A stretch of 63,450 bases of DNA, filler included, from Bipalium vagum (Eukaryota): assembly GCA_037834085.1 (NCBI GenBank). It is 3 parts of 3 records of this genome, joined end to end, with 100 filler letters (N's around TTAATTAATTAA, not from the genome) between each part and the next. Parts side by side here need not be neighbours in the genome. Positions count along the whole stretch, not along the records: positions 1 to 27,773 come from JBBMKC010079504.1; 2 more parts are not named here. One strand, 5' to 3'. The notes under the pieces were generated by a model. That model was given only the letters and a program-made list of their open reading frames with translations, ran no database searches and was not told the DNA's origin. Position numbers and translations under genes: made by a program. Below are positions 14,495-26,959 of this stretch, in pieces. The number at the start of each line of letters is the position of its first letter. The stretch's first letter is position 1.

Positions 14495-15290
14495 AATATT
14501 ACTAATAAGATATTTACTAGTAATTTAACCGCTGTGGTGAATTTCCTGAGTGGTAGCTATATTGATTAATGTATTGTCACTCGGGGAATTCGAGCTTTTT
14601 CCAAGTTTCTCATTGGAAGCGTCATTTCCCATATAAAGAACACGTAACGGTTGGATACATAACCATGAGTTGAATTTTAAAATGTGATCAGTTTAGAGAA
14701 CTCATTAGTTGAAAATTGTATTTGATTTAATGGTTTTTGAAGAACATATTCTCAGTCACAATTAAAAAGAATTTTTTGGAGAAAAAAATTCAGGAAGATT
14801 TTCACGATACCCAGACATTTTTGTAAGATATATGATAAATTACTTTATTTTAAAGGATAATCAACCAACCCTGTTGAGTTCGATCGTCTTTAGGCGAGTC
14901 TAACTGACAACCCAGCAGTTAGGTAAAACTCGCACGTTTGTGAAAATTCTTTTTATTTACAATGAAGACATTTTTAACATTATTTTTTTCGATATATTTA
15001 CAACATTTTTATATTAATTTTTAATTCATTATTGATTTTATCATTAACTTAAATCGATTAAAATATTTAATATTTTTCCTTTGTTGTGTGTGACCTAACT
15101 AATCAAGCGGGCGGACATTAATACTAGTTGATTTTGACTATTGTGAAAGGACTATTTAAATTGTGTGCGAGAATTTATGTTGGTAATAAAGTTTTATTGT
15201 TATTTCTTTTACTTTTATTGTACCCCGACCATCAGTAAGGGATCAGATTGCGACTTAAGATTTGAATAAATAATAGTTAGTTTTACAGGG
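14495..15290 (+). mobile_element. LTR-like remnant with long hairpin upstream of TATA
   Basis: Hairpin 14539-14591, TATAAA 14632-14637, AATAAA ~15185. The 3' segment (gtaagggatcagattgcgacttaagatttgaataaataata) recurs as gtaaggagaaaatttgcaacttagggtttgaataaataata at ~43678-43718. Ends are approximate. Confidence 0.45.
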
Positions 15291-15299
15291 TTTTTCAGT

Positions 15300-16515
15300 T
15301 TATTTAATTGCCTGTTTCATAATGCCTCATTTATTTTTTCAAAATATTTCATCAATTTTTTCAATAGAGATCATTATTTTATCAATAAATCTAACTTTAT
15401 GGAAAATTCAAGAACTAACGAAAAAATTTCAGGCCAAATGCAATTCGGGAATTATTAATCAAAAAACACGAAATAGGCAACTCGATTACTCAAATTTATA
15501 ACGATTTACGTATTAATTACAGCACGACTCAATCAAAAATCAGGAAATTCAGAACAACCGGAATATGAAAATGTAAATGTAAAAAAAGAGAAAAATGTAA
15601 AAGAAAAGGTGAGAAAACTGAAAAAATCAAAGATTTTATTAAAGCAAAAATTGATCAAGATTGTTTCATCACACTTTGAAAAAGCAAACAGGAAACAGCA
15701 ACAAATATGAATCAAAACATATCTATAGCATCATTCACCGATGCATAGAAAGTTTTAAGTATAGTTTCTCTAGAGCTAATCCGAAGAAACTCTATCAATA
15801 ACATTGAAGCTCGATTTAATTATACAAGATACTTGTTTTAAATAGATATTACCGGTTGACATTTGTTGATGAGTTTAGTGTGAATTATTGGATGCGAAAA
15901 CGATACGGTTGCTATGTTATTGGTGAAGCCCTAAAAAATAGGTAACTACAGTAAGAAGTCGAAACTTTTCTGTTTGTGCTGCCTGTAAAAACGACAAATT
16001 GATATTTTTGAAATCAAAGGTGGTTTTATTGGTAAAAGTTTTATAAGTTGTTTAGGAAATCTCTTGAAAATATAACCAACCAAATAATTATTTCTGATAA
16101 CGTTGCTTTTCACAAAATGACACAAATAAGAGAAATAGTAACGAAAAAAAATCACGAACTATTTTTTTACCACCGTAAACTCCTCAGTTAAATCCGATTG
16201 AGGAGGTATTTTCAGAATGGAAAGAACATATATGTGGCAGCAATTTCCAGAACAATGAGCAGCTGCTGAAAACAATTCCAAGTGTGTCTAAGCAAATCAG
16301 ACCGGAGAACTGTCAAAATTATTTTCACCATATGCATACATTTTTAATAAAAGCTGTTGCGCATGAAAATGTTTGAATAAAAAGAAATTCTGGAGATTTT
16401 GAACCTCTTATTTTTATTTTTACATAAAATAAAATGCTTTTGCAGAAGTAATGAAATATTTTTTAAAAATCAATTAAATATTTTGAAAAAGTCAATTATC
16501 TATTTTGAAAAATCC
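15300..16515 (+). mobile_element. IS630/Tc1-family transposase remnant
   Basis: ISDNVAFHK, FLPP*TPQLNPIEEVFSEWK and IRPENCQNYFHHM (the LPPYSPxLNPIE motif). AT-rich imperfect inverted ends. Confidence 0.7.
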
Positions 16516-17670
16516 TTTAACATTATTTTATTAATACTTTTCTTTTTAAATAAAAACAATTAAAATTAAACTTTACATAATAAAATCCGATTTTTGATTT
16601 GTTCAACCGTATCATTTATACTCAATGAATAATAAATTGAAAATAGTCGTTTGTTTGAAACCAAATAAATATTTTGGTTATTATTGACATAATAGCGATT
16701 GTGAAATGATTTAATTTAATCAGGCACATTAAAACAAGCGCTTTGAATATATTTACATAGATAAAATATATTTTTAAATGATGATGGAATTTATGTTAAA
16801 ATGATGGTTTCTTCTTATTTTTAATGATCACATGTCACTAAGAAGAAAAATAGGTAATTATTCCAAATATCCTTCAGATTAGATTTCGCTGATTTTCAAT
16901 CTTTAATAAATCTGGAGGGATTAGCAAAATAATTGGACAAGACATAAAGTCGAAAATTTTCCTAAGACTTCGTGAAAATCGAATTTTATATTCTTTCAAT
17001 TAGCAGGCGACTTTTTCAAGGCTTGTTCTCGTTTTTGTCATTCCGGAATAATGTACATTCTATGAGGAATTGAATCTGTTATTGTCAAACTGGTAACTAA
17101 AGTCAAAAGGGTTAATCCATTGACATAACATATGTGGTCTGGAAAAATATTTCGACTAAATGTTTTCCTATTTAATTTTCCTGACCAGGTCAATAGACGA
17201 TTTTATTTCAATAATGAAATATTTTAATGAGTAAAAACCTTAATTAAAATTTTCATTATTTTATTAGATTGAAAAATATGAGTACCAAATGGACAAACAA
17301 GACCAACACCCTGAACCAAAATAAGAACATTTCCTCAATCAAATATTTCTTTCATTTTTTGACTTTTTTCTTAATGTCAACTTTGTTTATTTGCTTACTT
17401 AATATTTTCAGCACTAAAACAATTATTTTCTTAAGTTTATTTTACTAATTTTTGTATAAATTAAACAGTAACAAAATAATCAATAATCAAAACCAATGAA
17501 ATTAATCAGATTAAATAATTTTTTTATCATCTTATATTTATTTTTCATTTTTATTTTAATTTCCATTTTTAGTAATAGTTTTATTTTTGCTTTGCAGATC
17601 TGTATTTAAATTCTCGATTATATCTTCTTGTTTTATTATTTTAAATATTTTTCTACAGTCATTAATAATT

Positions 17671-17910
17671 ATCAGGTGGAGTCAAAAGTTATTCGTGTTT
17701 TTAAGCAAATACTTTATTTACAAAATTGTTTTAATAGAGATCACATTAATCCTCGAAATATAGTCTATCAGTTTCTATAACTCGAAGCCATCTTTCTGCC
17801 AATTACTCAATTCCATTGCGATAGCACTCAGCTTTTTTTGAGGCAAAGAATTTGGCTTTTCCATTTTGAGGTCTTCCTCTGAACCAAAGTGTCTCCCTCG
17901 TAAAAAATGT
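17671..17910 (-). mobile_element. Mariner 3' end fragment
   Basis: TIR atcaggtggagtcaaaagttattcgtgttt. The minus strand reads FFASKKAECYRNGIE*LAERWLRVIETDRLYFED. Confidence 0.7.
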
Positions 17911-18168
17911 TAAATTTTGTATTTTTTATTTTCTTAAACTTTATTGACATAAATTTATTTAACTTATTGATTTACGATTTTTTATATTTTTCTTTATAAT
18001 TCTATTTCTTGCCTAAAAAATTTAAAAACAATCTTCAACAGATATATAAATATGTTAAGTTTCACTAAAAAGATAATATGAAAATGATTATTAATATTTA
18101 TTTATTAATATTAAATTGGAATAAGAAGATCGAAATTGGACTTTTAACGTTTATTGGGTTAAGAATAT

Positions 18169-19126
18169 TGTTGGGTTTCTGGAGCAATAATAATGATTTG
18201 TAGTTAGTAATAATAATAAGAAGGATTTTTAAATAATAATAAAAATAATTTTTAATTAATAATAATAATAATTTTCTTAATAATAAATTTTTTAATAATA
18301 ATTTTTTTTTTAAAAATAATTTTCGTCATTTCCTTAATGACAGAATCCCGCCGTGGGGATTATATTTTTTTGATCAGGCTAATGGATTTCCTCGCCGAAA
18401 TCCATTAGCCTCGGGAATAAGGAGACTATCTCGGCGGGGAGATAGTGAAAAGCAATAGTCGTCTCCGAGTAGGGATTGGTGATCGTATACCAATCCCTAC
18501 GCCTAGAAAAGGAGACGGCTACTCCCGTTAAATGCCCCAAAAAAGTTCTGCTGAAGAAAAAATTCAGAAGATTGTCAAAAACAATTTGAGAAGATTGTCA
18601 AAAGAAAAAAAATTCAGAAGACGCTGCCCAGAGATTCCAGAGAAACGACCACAGTAATTTTTATATCTATGCCCAGAATTATGCAGTCGAATTTTTGCAA
18701 GGGGACCCAGCGAGCTTGGGAACCCCTAGGCGACCTGAGAAGGGCCTAGAGGGTGACCCGGGGACCCTTGTCGCTCTTGGTGAGACCGATTTATTTTTGT
18801 TTCATTTCTTCAATTTTATTAGTGATTTGTTATTATTATTATTGTTATTTAATTAAATTTCAGTATTAACGGGATTTTCGTTGACTCTTACTAACGTTTA
18901 TCTTTATGTGATTTGAATCAATGCAACCCTTGTAATTGTTGTATTAGTATAAATAAAATTTTATTTTAAATATTTCAAATTGGTTATTAAGGGAGCGGAT
19001 ACTGTATAGTGAAGGGTGTTTTACATTCAAAGGAGTTGAGAGGGATTTCGAACACAACGGGTTACAAAAAGTGAGGAGTCACGAGCAGACGAGCACACGT
19101 TGCTACATTTTAGTATAATAGTAACA
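18169..19126 (+). mobile_element. Solo LTR (probably Ty3/gypsy-type), hairpin-rich
   Basis: Termini TGTT...AACA with ATAT on both sides (18165-18168, 19127-19130). A degenerate TATA (cctagaaaa) lies at ~18502 and AATAAA at 18952. 18397-18530, 18692-18790 and 18950-19126 are clearly homologous to 40930-41596. Confidence 0.75.
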
Positions 19127-19411
19127 ATATCGATAGTGAACTTTTTAGGAACTTAACATAAAATATATGTAAATTCAGAAGGATTTAGTACGCGTACGTT
19201 CGAAGTGAAAATTTGAGTGACAATAAAAATGTTGATTACGAAAAGTTGAACTTTTTTAAAATGATAAAATGATAAAATTGATTAACAAATATTGATTACA
19301 AAATTATAAACGATAAACTTTTTAATCGATCAACTAAGTTAACAAATTATTTCTTAAAATATATTTAATATAAATCTGACAACTTTATTTTTTAGTACAA
19401 TTTTACTTTGG

Positions 19412-20372
19412 AGTTAAAACCCGAGATAAGGAATTAAGAGAAAAGTCAGATCACCCTTCGGTATCTTACTCTCAAGGGCCCTTAGTTAAAAGATCGGGAA
19501 GAAATAAAAGAAAATACTGGGAAGTAAGAAAAAAGATAACTATTATTTGATCCTAAAGTATTGGAGTGACTGTCCAATTCTTAGTATTTATTTAATTTAT
19601 TTAATAACTTATAATTCGTAATCGAATTGTAGCTTTTTAATTTTGTTTTTAATTACTATTTTTACTTGGTTATCGGTTCACCTGCAAGCAGTGTGAAACA
19701 CAAAAATTAATTTATTTTTATTTAATTTATTAACAATAAAAGTCTATTTAGATTTGTAGTCAAATCTAATAAACTTATCACAATAAAATAATTTACTAAA
19801 TGTTGAAGTTTTTCTCCTTGAAGTTGGACCCCAAGACGAATTGTTTAATAGTCCGTTATTTGTCCTAGATTAGTGTCTGGTGCTTTCTTTTGGCTGTTTG
19901 CATCTGATGCTTCCTTCTGGGTGTTTTGCGTCTGTTGCGTCCTTCTGGTTAATTTTGATCCGAGTTTTGATTGTTGATTTGAGTCCGCTTTGCTCTTCTT
20001 AGAGTCTGAATTTGTGTATTTTTTGTGTGTCTCGATACTGAAACACTTCGGTATTTATATTATTTTTTTTTTGTATTTTTAATTATAGTAACTTTATGTT
20101 ACTATTTTTAGAATTCATCGTAAAAAGTTTTACTATAAATTTATTTATAGTAATATTTATTAAAATTTTTATTGAAAAAGTTATTTATAGTAAATTTATG
20201 TTACTAAACAATTTTTCCAAATATTTTATAAATTAATCATCAAAATGATTATTTTTTAATTAATTATAATTATAATAATAATTTTTTATATTTCATATTT
20301 TATTTTATATTATTTATTTTATATTTTATTTAAACAGATAGGAAGGAAAATTAATAACCCCGGGTTTTAACT
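19412..20372 (-). mobile_element. LTR-like or TIR-bounded non-coding element with 12-bp inverted termini
   Basis: agttaaaacccg (19412-19423) and cgggttttaact (20361-20372) are perfect inverted repeats. Minus-strand TATAAATA at 20052-20059. Internal ~28-bp duplication at 19893-19948. No TSD seen. Confidence 0.5.
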
Positions 20373-20819
20373 TTACATAAAAATAAAAATTATATTTACA
20401 TAAAATAAAATTATATTTGTAAAAATTATTTTGTAAAAAGAACATAAAAACACTAAAACAGATCACTATATTGTTATTTATTGTTTTTTCGAGAATTTTA
20501 AACTGAATTTGGGACTGGGTCTGGGAGTCTCCACAAATTAATAAGGCTATGTCTAAAGTAGAAATTATTATTATTATTAATGTGGTTCCAATTTTTGTAT
20601 AACTAGAAAAACTGTAATCAGACCACCGGAAATTTAATTTTAAAATGATACAATGTAATGAGTTTTTGATATAATAATATTAATAATATATATTATTATT
20701 TAAAACAATGGTTGAAAAGTAACTGCAAAACCCTGATTTTACATGGACATTGAGTTTGTTTAATTAAATAATTTTTTTATAATTTTAATTTATTTAATAA
20801 TTTATTTACTTTTGTTGGA

Positions 20820-22029
20820 TCGATAAGCTTAAAAAGCGATTTAAAATGAAGTCAAGAGTTCTATCTGGAGAAAGTGGTAACCTAAATATAAATTTAATTG
20901 AGTGTGAAAAAAATGAAATGATAAACGTAATGAAAAATTATCAACTATCCGATATCTATAATATGGACGAATCTGAAATTGTGTATAAACAACTACTATC
21001 TAAAACCTTTTGTAATAATGTTAAAGGTGTAAAAATTGATAAATGCAGACTAACTGCTGTGTTTTCTGTAATACTGATGGTGGTGCCAAAAGAAAATTTT
21101 TAAAAATCAAAATCTCTTCGATGTTTCAGCGGCATTAACTTATCAAAGTTTTTTTCTTACAAAGCAAATTGCATAGCCTGGATGAATAATCTTAAATTTT
21201 TTTATTGGATTATTAAATTTAATTATGATATGAAATTTCAAAATAGAAATATTCTTTTACTTTTAGATAGTACAGCTTGTCATAAAAAATGTCAGCTATC
21301 TAATGTGCATCTCTTATTTCTGCCAAAAAATACAAGTGCTGCTTTACAACCTCTATGTTGGTATTATAAGGACATTTAAATATAAGAAGTTCTATATAGA
21401 AGTTCCAATATAAGAAATTTTATTTGAGAAAACTGAAAGACTTACATCAATTCCAAAGCAGTAACTCTAGCTGATTCTATGTATCTGATTAAACAGTGAT
21501 GGAATGAAATTAGTTCTTCATTAAGTGTGAATTGTTGGAACCATACATGATAAACTGGTTCTGAGCAATCATTAAATGCATAAATAATATCCTAATATTA
21601 AAAGAAATTCATTTTTTTCTAGAAAAACTCATACTTGATGATTCGATCTCATCTTGTGAATATATTGATTTTGAGGAAGATATTCAATCGTGAAGAGAAA
21701 CGAAGAATCTAAGAAAGAAACACCAGATATTCCAAATAATAAAGAATTCTTAGCTTCTCTTGATTCTATTAATATTAAGAGATCAAGTGATGAAAATATC
21801 TTGAGTATATTCAAGGATTTTGAAGAAAAAATTAAAATGAATTTGCATCTTAAAATGATGCAAAAGACACTATTTGATTATATTAAATAAAATGAAATTT
21901 TTTAATTTTATATTGAATACACAATCTATGTGTGTTATGTAACCAAAATCCCTTGTTTTAAGAAACCATCTTTATAACAGACACATTTTGGATTTCCCAA
22001 CCTGTTCCTTATAACGATGTCTGGCTGTA
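20820..22029 (+). mobile_element. Pogo/Tigger-like (DDE_1, CENP-B-related) transposon remnant
   Basis: GESG, DIYNMDES, KCRLT, AWM, ILLLLDSTACH and FLPKNTSAALQPL, with frameshifts. Right end ccttataacgatgtctggctg-TA. Confidence 0.85.
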
Positions 22030-23089
22030 TTAAAATTATTATACTAAGCAAAAATAGAATAATGAGTATCAGTACAAAAAAAATTCTGTCCCAGTTAAGT
22101 AATTTTTATTTAAAATTATATTCACTATAATCAACAGTTGTTGACATATTTCATCTGTTGTTTTTTTATAAATTACTGTGGAATCTATTATGTAAGCAAA
22201 CTGCTATCCACATTGGAGATCATGAAGTTGGTTTATTTTTGAAAACCAAAGTTTAAAAGATCATGCATTAATTTACAAAAATCTGCATATTCAAACGCAA
22301 AATTCAATCATGGTAAGTGTTGTGTTCTTTAGGTTGAAATTAATGAGGTATTACTGAAACCAATGAACTTTCAAAACACGTGACATGAATGGCAGTCAGA
22401 CATGGAAAAATGATATCGGCATATGACAATCTGGAGATTGGTGTTATTGCACCCACCGTCCTCTCCAATCATAGTTCCGTCAATTTATCACTAATTTCGG
22501 TAGATGAAACATGAACATATCATAAGGAATTGTAAAAAAATTTTTAAGATACTTGGATTAGATCGAAATAAAATAAATTTTTGCAGCATTCATAAATGGC
22601 TCAAGTGAATAAATATTGCTTTAATGTTGGAATTTAATTTTTGAATTTTCTGTCAGTGAATTTATAAATAGTAAAAAATAACACAACCAGATTTGTCCAT
22701 ATAAATTTACATAACTTATGAACTAAATGTTTTAGCACACTTTCAAACGATTCGTAGAAGCCCACATTAATTCTGATCATTAAGAACCTTTTTGTTTTTG
22801 TAATTTTCATTTATACTTTTTCAATAGATGAGTCGATCAATTTTTGCAACTAAAGTCTTGCACTTACAATAAAAAACTATTTCCTTATTATTAATCATGT
22901 AACATTGACAAGTTAATTAAGATAAATTATAAATGACTAAAAGTCGTGTGAATTGAAAATTTGTGCATTTCAATAAGTAAAAAAGAAAAAATGGCCTGCA
23001 GACAAAAATTGATTAAAAAACCAATGTTAAACTGCGCAAAAACATATATTACTAAATGCACTAAAACCACAAAAAATCCGAAACACAAT

Positions 23090-25201
23090 TTAAGGAGACC
23101 CGCTTTCTTCGACGATGGCCAGAGACATGGAATATTGATCAGGATCACCATTCAGCTTGTTGGCTTTGGGTACCGATCTCGACGGAGGCTTTGACCATTC
23201 TTGGCGCAGTTTGTTTACGTCTATGTTCGTGGCGTTTGCCTTGAACGGAAACCTTTTCTGGCGATGACGATGGGAGTTATTTCCTTCGTACTCGTTCTTA
23301 TCAAAGAAGTCGTTCTCTTTCGTCGAAAGTGGCGGAAAGTCCTGGGCGCTAGAAACATTGAACGGCATTGACAACTCATTGCGAGGCTTCGTGTATATTT
23401 TCATTTCTGTTCGTTTCCTGCTTGACAACAGCTTAGCTACCTGCCAGAATCGAGGATCGATACGTGTACCGGCTTGCATGGGTGCAATTCTGTTATCTTG
23501 CAACGATGAGATCGGAATAGGTGGTGGTAGATTTTTTGATGTTTTGCTGACAATGACAGCAGGTTTTGGCAGTTCTTCCTTTGTATCTTTGATAACAATC
23601 AACCAATCAATAACACAAACAAACAAGTTTCTTTTTCATCAATAAATCGATAAATAAATACTTACCGAGATAAAACGTTTTCACTGATGCCCATTTTAAA
23701 TGAATAAAATCGTTGGCAGCGATCATCGACTCTCGAGAACTGAACTCCACGACACCACAATTTTCGTTGCCCAAAGCCAGAATCTTGTCACAGAGCTTTC
23801 GCAAGTCGGCAGGAACGTTACGATCGGCCCGAATATAACGCGATACACAAACTACAAAGCGACCTTCAACTCGAAACACTTCATCCAACTTCTGGTATGT
23901 GTCACAACAGCGGGGCAAATTCCACATAAATAATGATCTCGTATAAATCGATGGGTCCCACTCGGGAAGAGGTAAACGTCTTCTAAGACTGCGAGCGTCA
24001 CGACTTATTTGGACCTGATCGGAAAAGCACATGGCGTACACGACATTGTCAACGCTGTCATTTGATAGTTTGACCATCTGTTTGAATTTGGCAACACTGT
24101 TCAGATCAATCCAGCCACCGGGATTGGATTTGATTTTTTTCAAAATGAACAAATCCTTCAAGACATTGAAATCGCTAAAATAGAAGTTGCACTGTTTGAC
24201 GATTTCATCAATCATTGTCTGAGACGGCGGACAAAAGGAATCACTGAAACAATACGTCAGGTCGTCTGGAGTCAACATCATAGTGTGAATGATTTCCACG
24301 GGTTCCTGTTTTAGTGCCAGGCTTGACAACACTTTTTGTACGTCCACTTGGTCCGAGGAAGTGCTTTCAACACTGTCATCAACGATAGACGGCACTTATA
24401 GGAAAAGTCATAGAACATTTTAATCAATTCGACTCAATTACCCATTAATTTGGCTTTCATTTTCTGACTCTCCAGAACGTCATTGACGATCCGAATGGCT
24501 TGGTCTCTTGACGATAACGTTATGATTGCAGAGTGTATTGAATAATCGAAGTATTCAACGCTGGACCCGTCAATCTTCAAATGAAAAATAAATTATGCTA
24601 TATACATAACGTGTTTGGTACTTGTAAATAAGCCGGCATTTGTCGAATAGATTTTATTGAATCAGGAATGTCTATAAGGACTATTTGATTGTTCTCAATA
24701 CTTAGTGGCAATTTTGTGTTGCGTCTTCTAATAAGACTGTCTAAAATAAGACCACCAGATAATGAGAGAATTGAAGAAAAATATCTCAAAAATGCAAACC
24801 ATTTTCATTGATTTCAAGGCAACTAGACTCTTTGAGCTTTTCTGATAAATCTTTAGTTCCGATAATTATCATTTCTTCCAGCTTAACTTCAATAACTGAC
24901 AACGGAACCCAGCCGCGGTTATTCATCGACAATAAAATGTCTTTATGTTTAAAGATTTCGTCATCAGAAAACCAATTCTCAATTGTGTCAACTAATTTTT
25001 TCTCGAAATTTATTTTTTCTTTATTCTTTTCTATCAATACGGGACACACCAAGTTTTTAGATAGCTTAATCTCACCTAAAGGAAAATAATTTAAGCCAAA
25101 ATATATAAAGTAATAATACAAATTAATTTAGCATAAATATCATCAGAAACTAGTCTAAATTTCTCCATTATTCTGCTTGCTTCATTTTTGTTAATTGACA
25201 T
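23090..25201 (-). CDS. LARP6: La-related protein 6-like (Acheron-like) with two tandem La modules; 6 exons
   Basis: Exons 25201-25120, 25075-24800, 24740-24622, 24574-24442, 24394-23666, 23586-23090 are joined by GT-AG introns of 44, 59, 47, 47 and 79 nt with consistent phases. Second module: PPSQTMIDEIVKQCNFYFSDFNVLKDLFILKKIKSNPGGWIDLNSVAKFKQM...SLRRRLPLP, plus RRM VPADLRKL...GNENCGVVEFSSRESMIAA, which is LARP6-typical. First module: KLVDTIENWFSDDEIFKH...RGWVPLSVI...CLEINENDSLIRRRNTKLP plus an RRM-like segment. Confidence 0.85.
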
Positions 25202-26959
25202 TAAAATGCAATATTTATAATTATATATATCTTTGTAATTAAGGTGGCATAGGTGACAAGAATTTCGGAAAGTTAATAGATCGGTGGGTATAAAGGACAA
25301 CGAATTGTGATTTATTTCTAATTTCTAAACCATCATAAATAAATAAAGATCGAAAAGTTAAAAATTACTTTCAATTCGTTTTCTACATCATTTAGACATT
25401 TAACATAACTTTGGAAATTATAAACAGCTAAAGTTACAAAATTAACATTGATATTATGTCGAACTTGTTCTAAATTAGATAAATCCATTAAAATTCTAAA
25501 TCAGTCAAGATATAAAATTGAAAATTAATTAAAACAAATGATGTAATTTAAGAGAAATATTCTTTAATAAATTCTTTAATTTTTTAGGTTGCTTGTTTTA
25601 AATTTTTTGATTAATAATTTTCAGATATTTTACTTAATTTTCTTTATTTAGGTTATAAAAAATATCAGAAAATGATAATAAAAAATATTTAAATTTATTA
25701 AAAACAAATTCTTAAATAATTCGAAAAAGTAATACATTAAACTTTCATTTGATTACAGAGTTTTTCAGAATGTTTAATAACTTTAAAAATTGTTTAACGA
25801 ATCTCATTTTTATCATTACTACAATTATCAAACCTCCAATTAAAAATGACAGAAAAAACATTTAGGCAACGAAATAAGGGAAATTGTTTCTTTTAAATAT
25901 GAATCAGGTACATACATAATGATTGTAATGATGATGAAGGAAAGTCTTTGAAAAATTTCAGAGTTAGACATTAATTACCAAACTGCAGTCTCCATCGTAA
26001 AAGTATATAATTTTTTAAAACAAGTTTAATAATTTTCTATTTAATAAAAGCATTACGAAAAAAATATTAAACATTGTGAAAGACTCTGTACTTTTAAATT
26101 CTAATTAAGTAATATATAAAATTTTATATGATAATAAAGTTACCATAAACTTGTCGTAAAAACAATTGCAGAGCTTAATTATGAAAGCTTATAAAAAATA
26201 TACTAATTTTTCATTAAAAACTATTTAAAAAATATGAATAAAATAACGTCATGTATACTTCCAGTTGCAAATCACTTTTTATCATTCATGATTTCAAAGT
26301 ATTTAAAAGTTGAGTAGATCAATTATTTATTATATTTTTCAAGTAATTATTGTGGAATATGTTAGACTACTAAAGACCCTTTAACATTATTCACACACAA
26401 AACAAATTTTAGGAAAATTGTGGAAGAAAAGAAGTCAATAAATTTTAAAAATATCCAAAAAATATGGATACCTGTTCCTTTTCCAGAAATTCAAAATTTT
26501 GCGACGTTTTTTGCTATCAATTTGAATAGCCGGAAGCCTCTTTAACTGGAAAAATTAATTTAAACAGAGGATCAAATGAAATATTTCAGCTACCTGTAAA
26601 ACCCTCACCCCATTTGTTCATAATGATTCTGATGTTGAAACAGTGACTGTCTTCTGGATGGTGTGTCGAGGCGATGGATAGAAATTTAGAGAATAAAAAT
26701 GAAAACCAACAAAAATGTCAAATGTTTACTTATCAACATTTCAATGTTAAAATGGAGATCATACACCTTAAAATTGGCTTGTAAACAGTCAAAAGAGCGT
26801 AGAAATTTTTCTATCAAATAATCAAGTTAATTCTAACATCAATCGAATTTTTATCATATTATTACTATTATACTTTGAAAGAAACTTCCACTCATATGTT
26901 ACTCTATTATTCTACTATGAACTTTATCTTAACATTTAGCTTTCAAAGTTTACTGGCCC

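Noticed and set aside
18388-18396. ttcctcgcc as an HDV-like ribozyme L3 loop
   Set aside because: It sits in a simple 15-bp hairpin; the nested double pseudoknot could not be built, and the segment is missing from the second copy.
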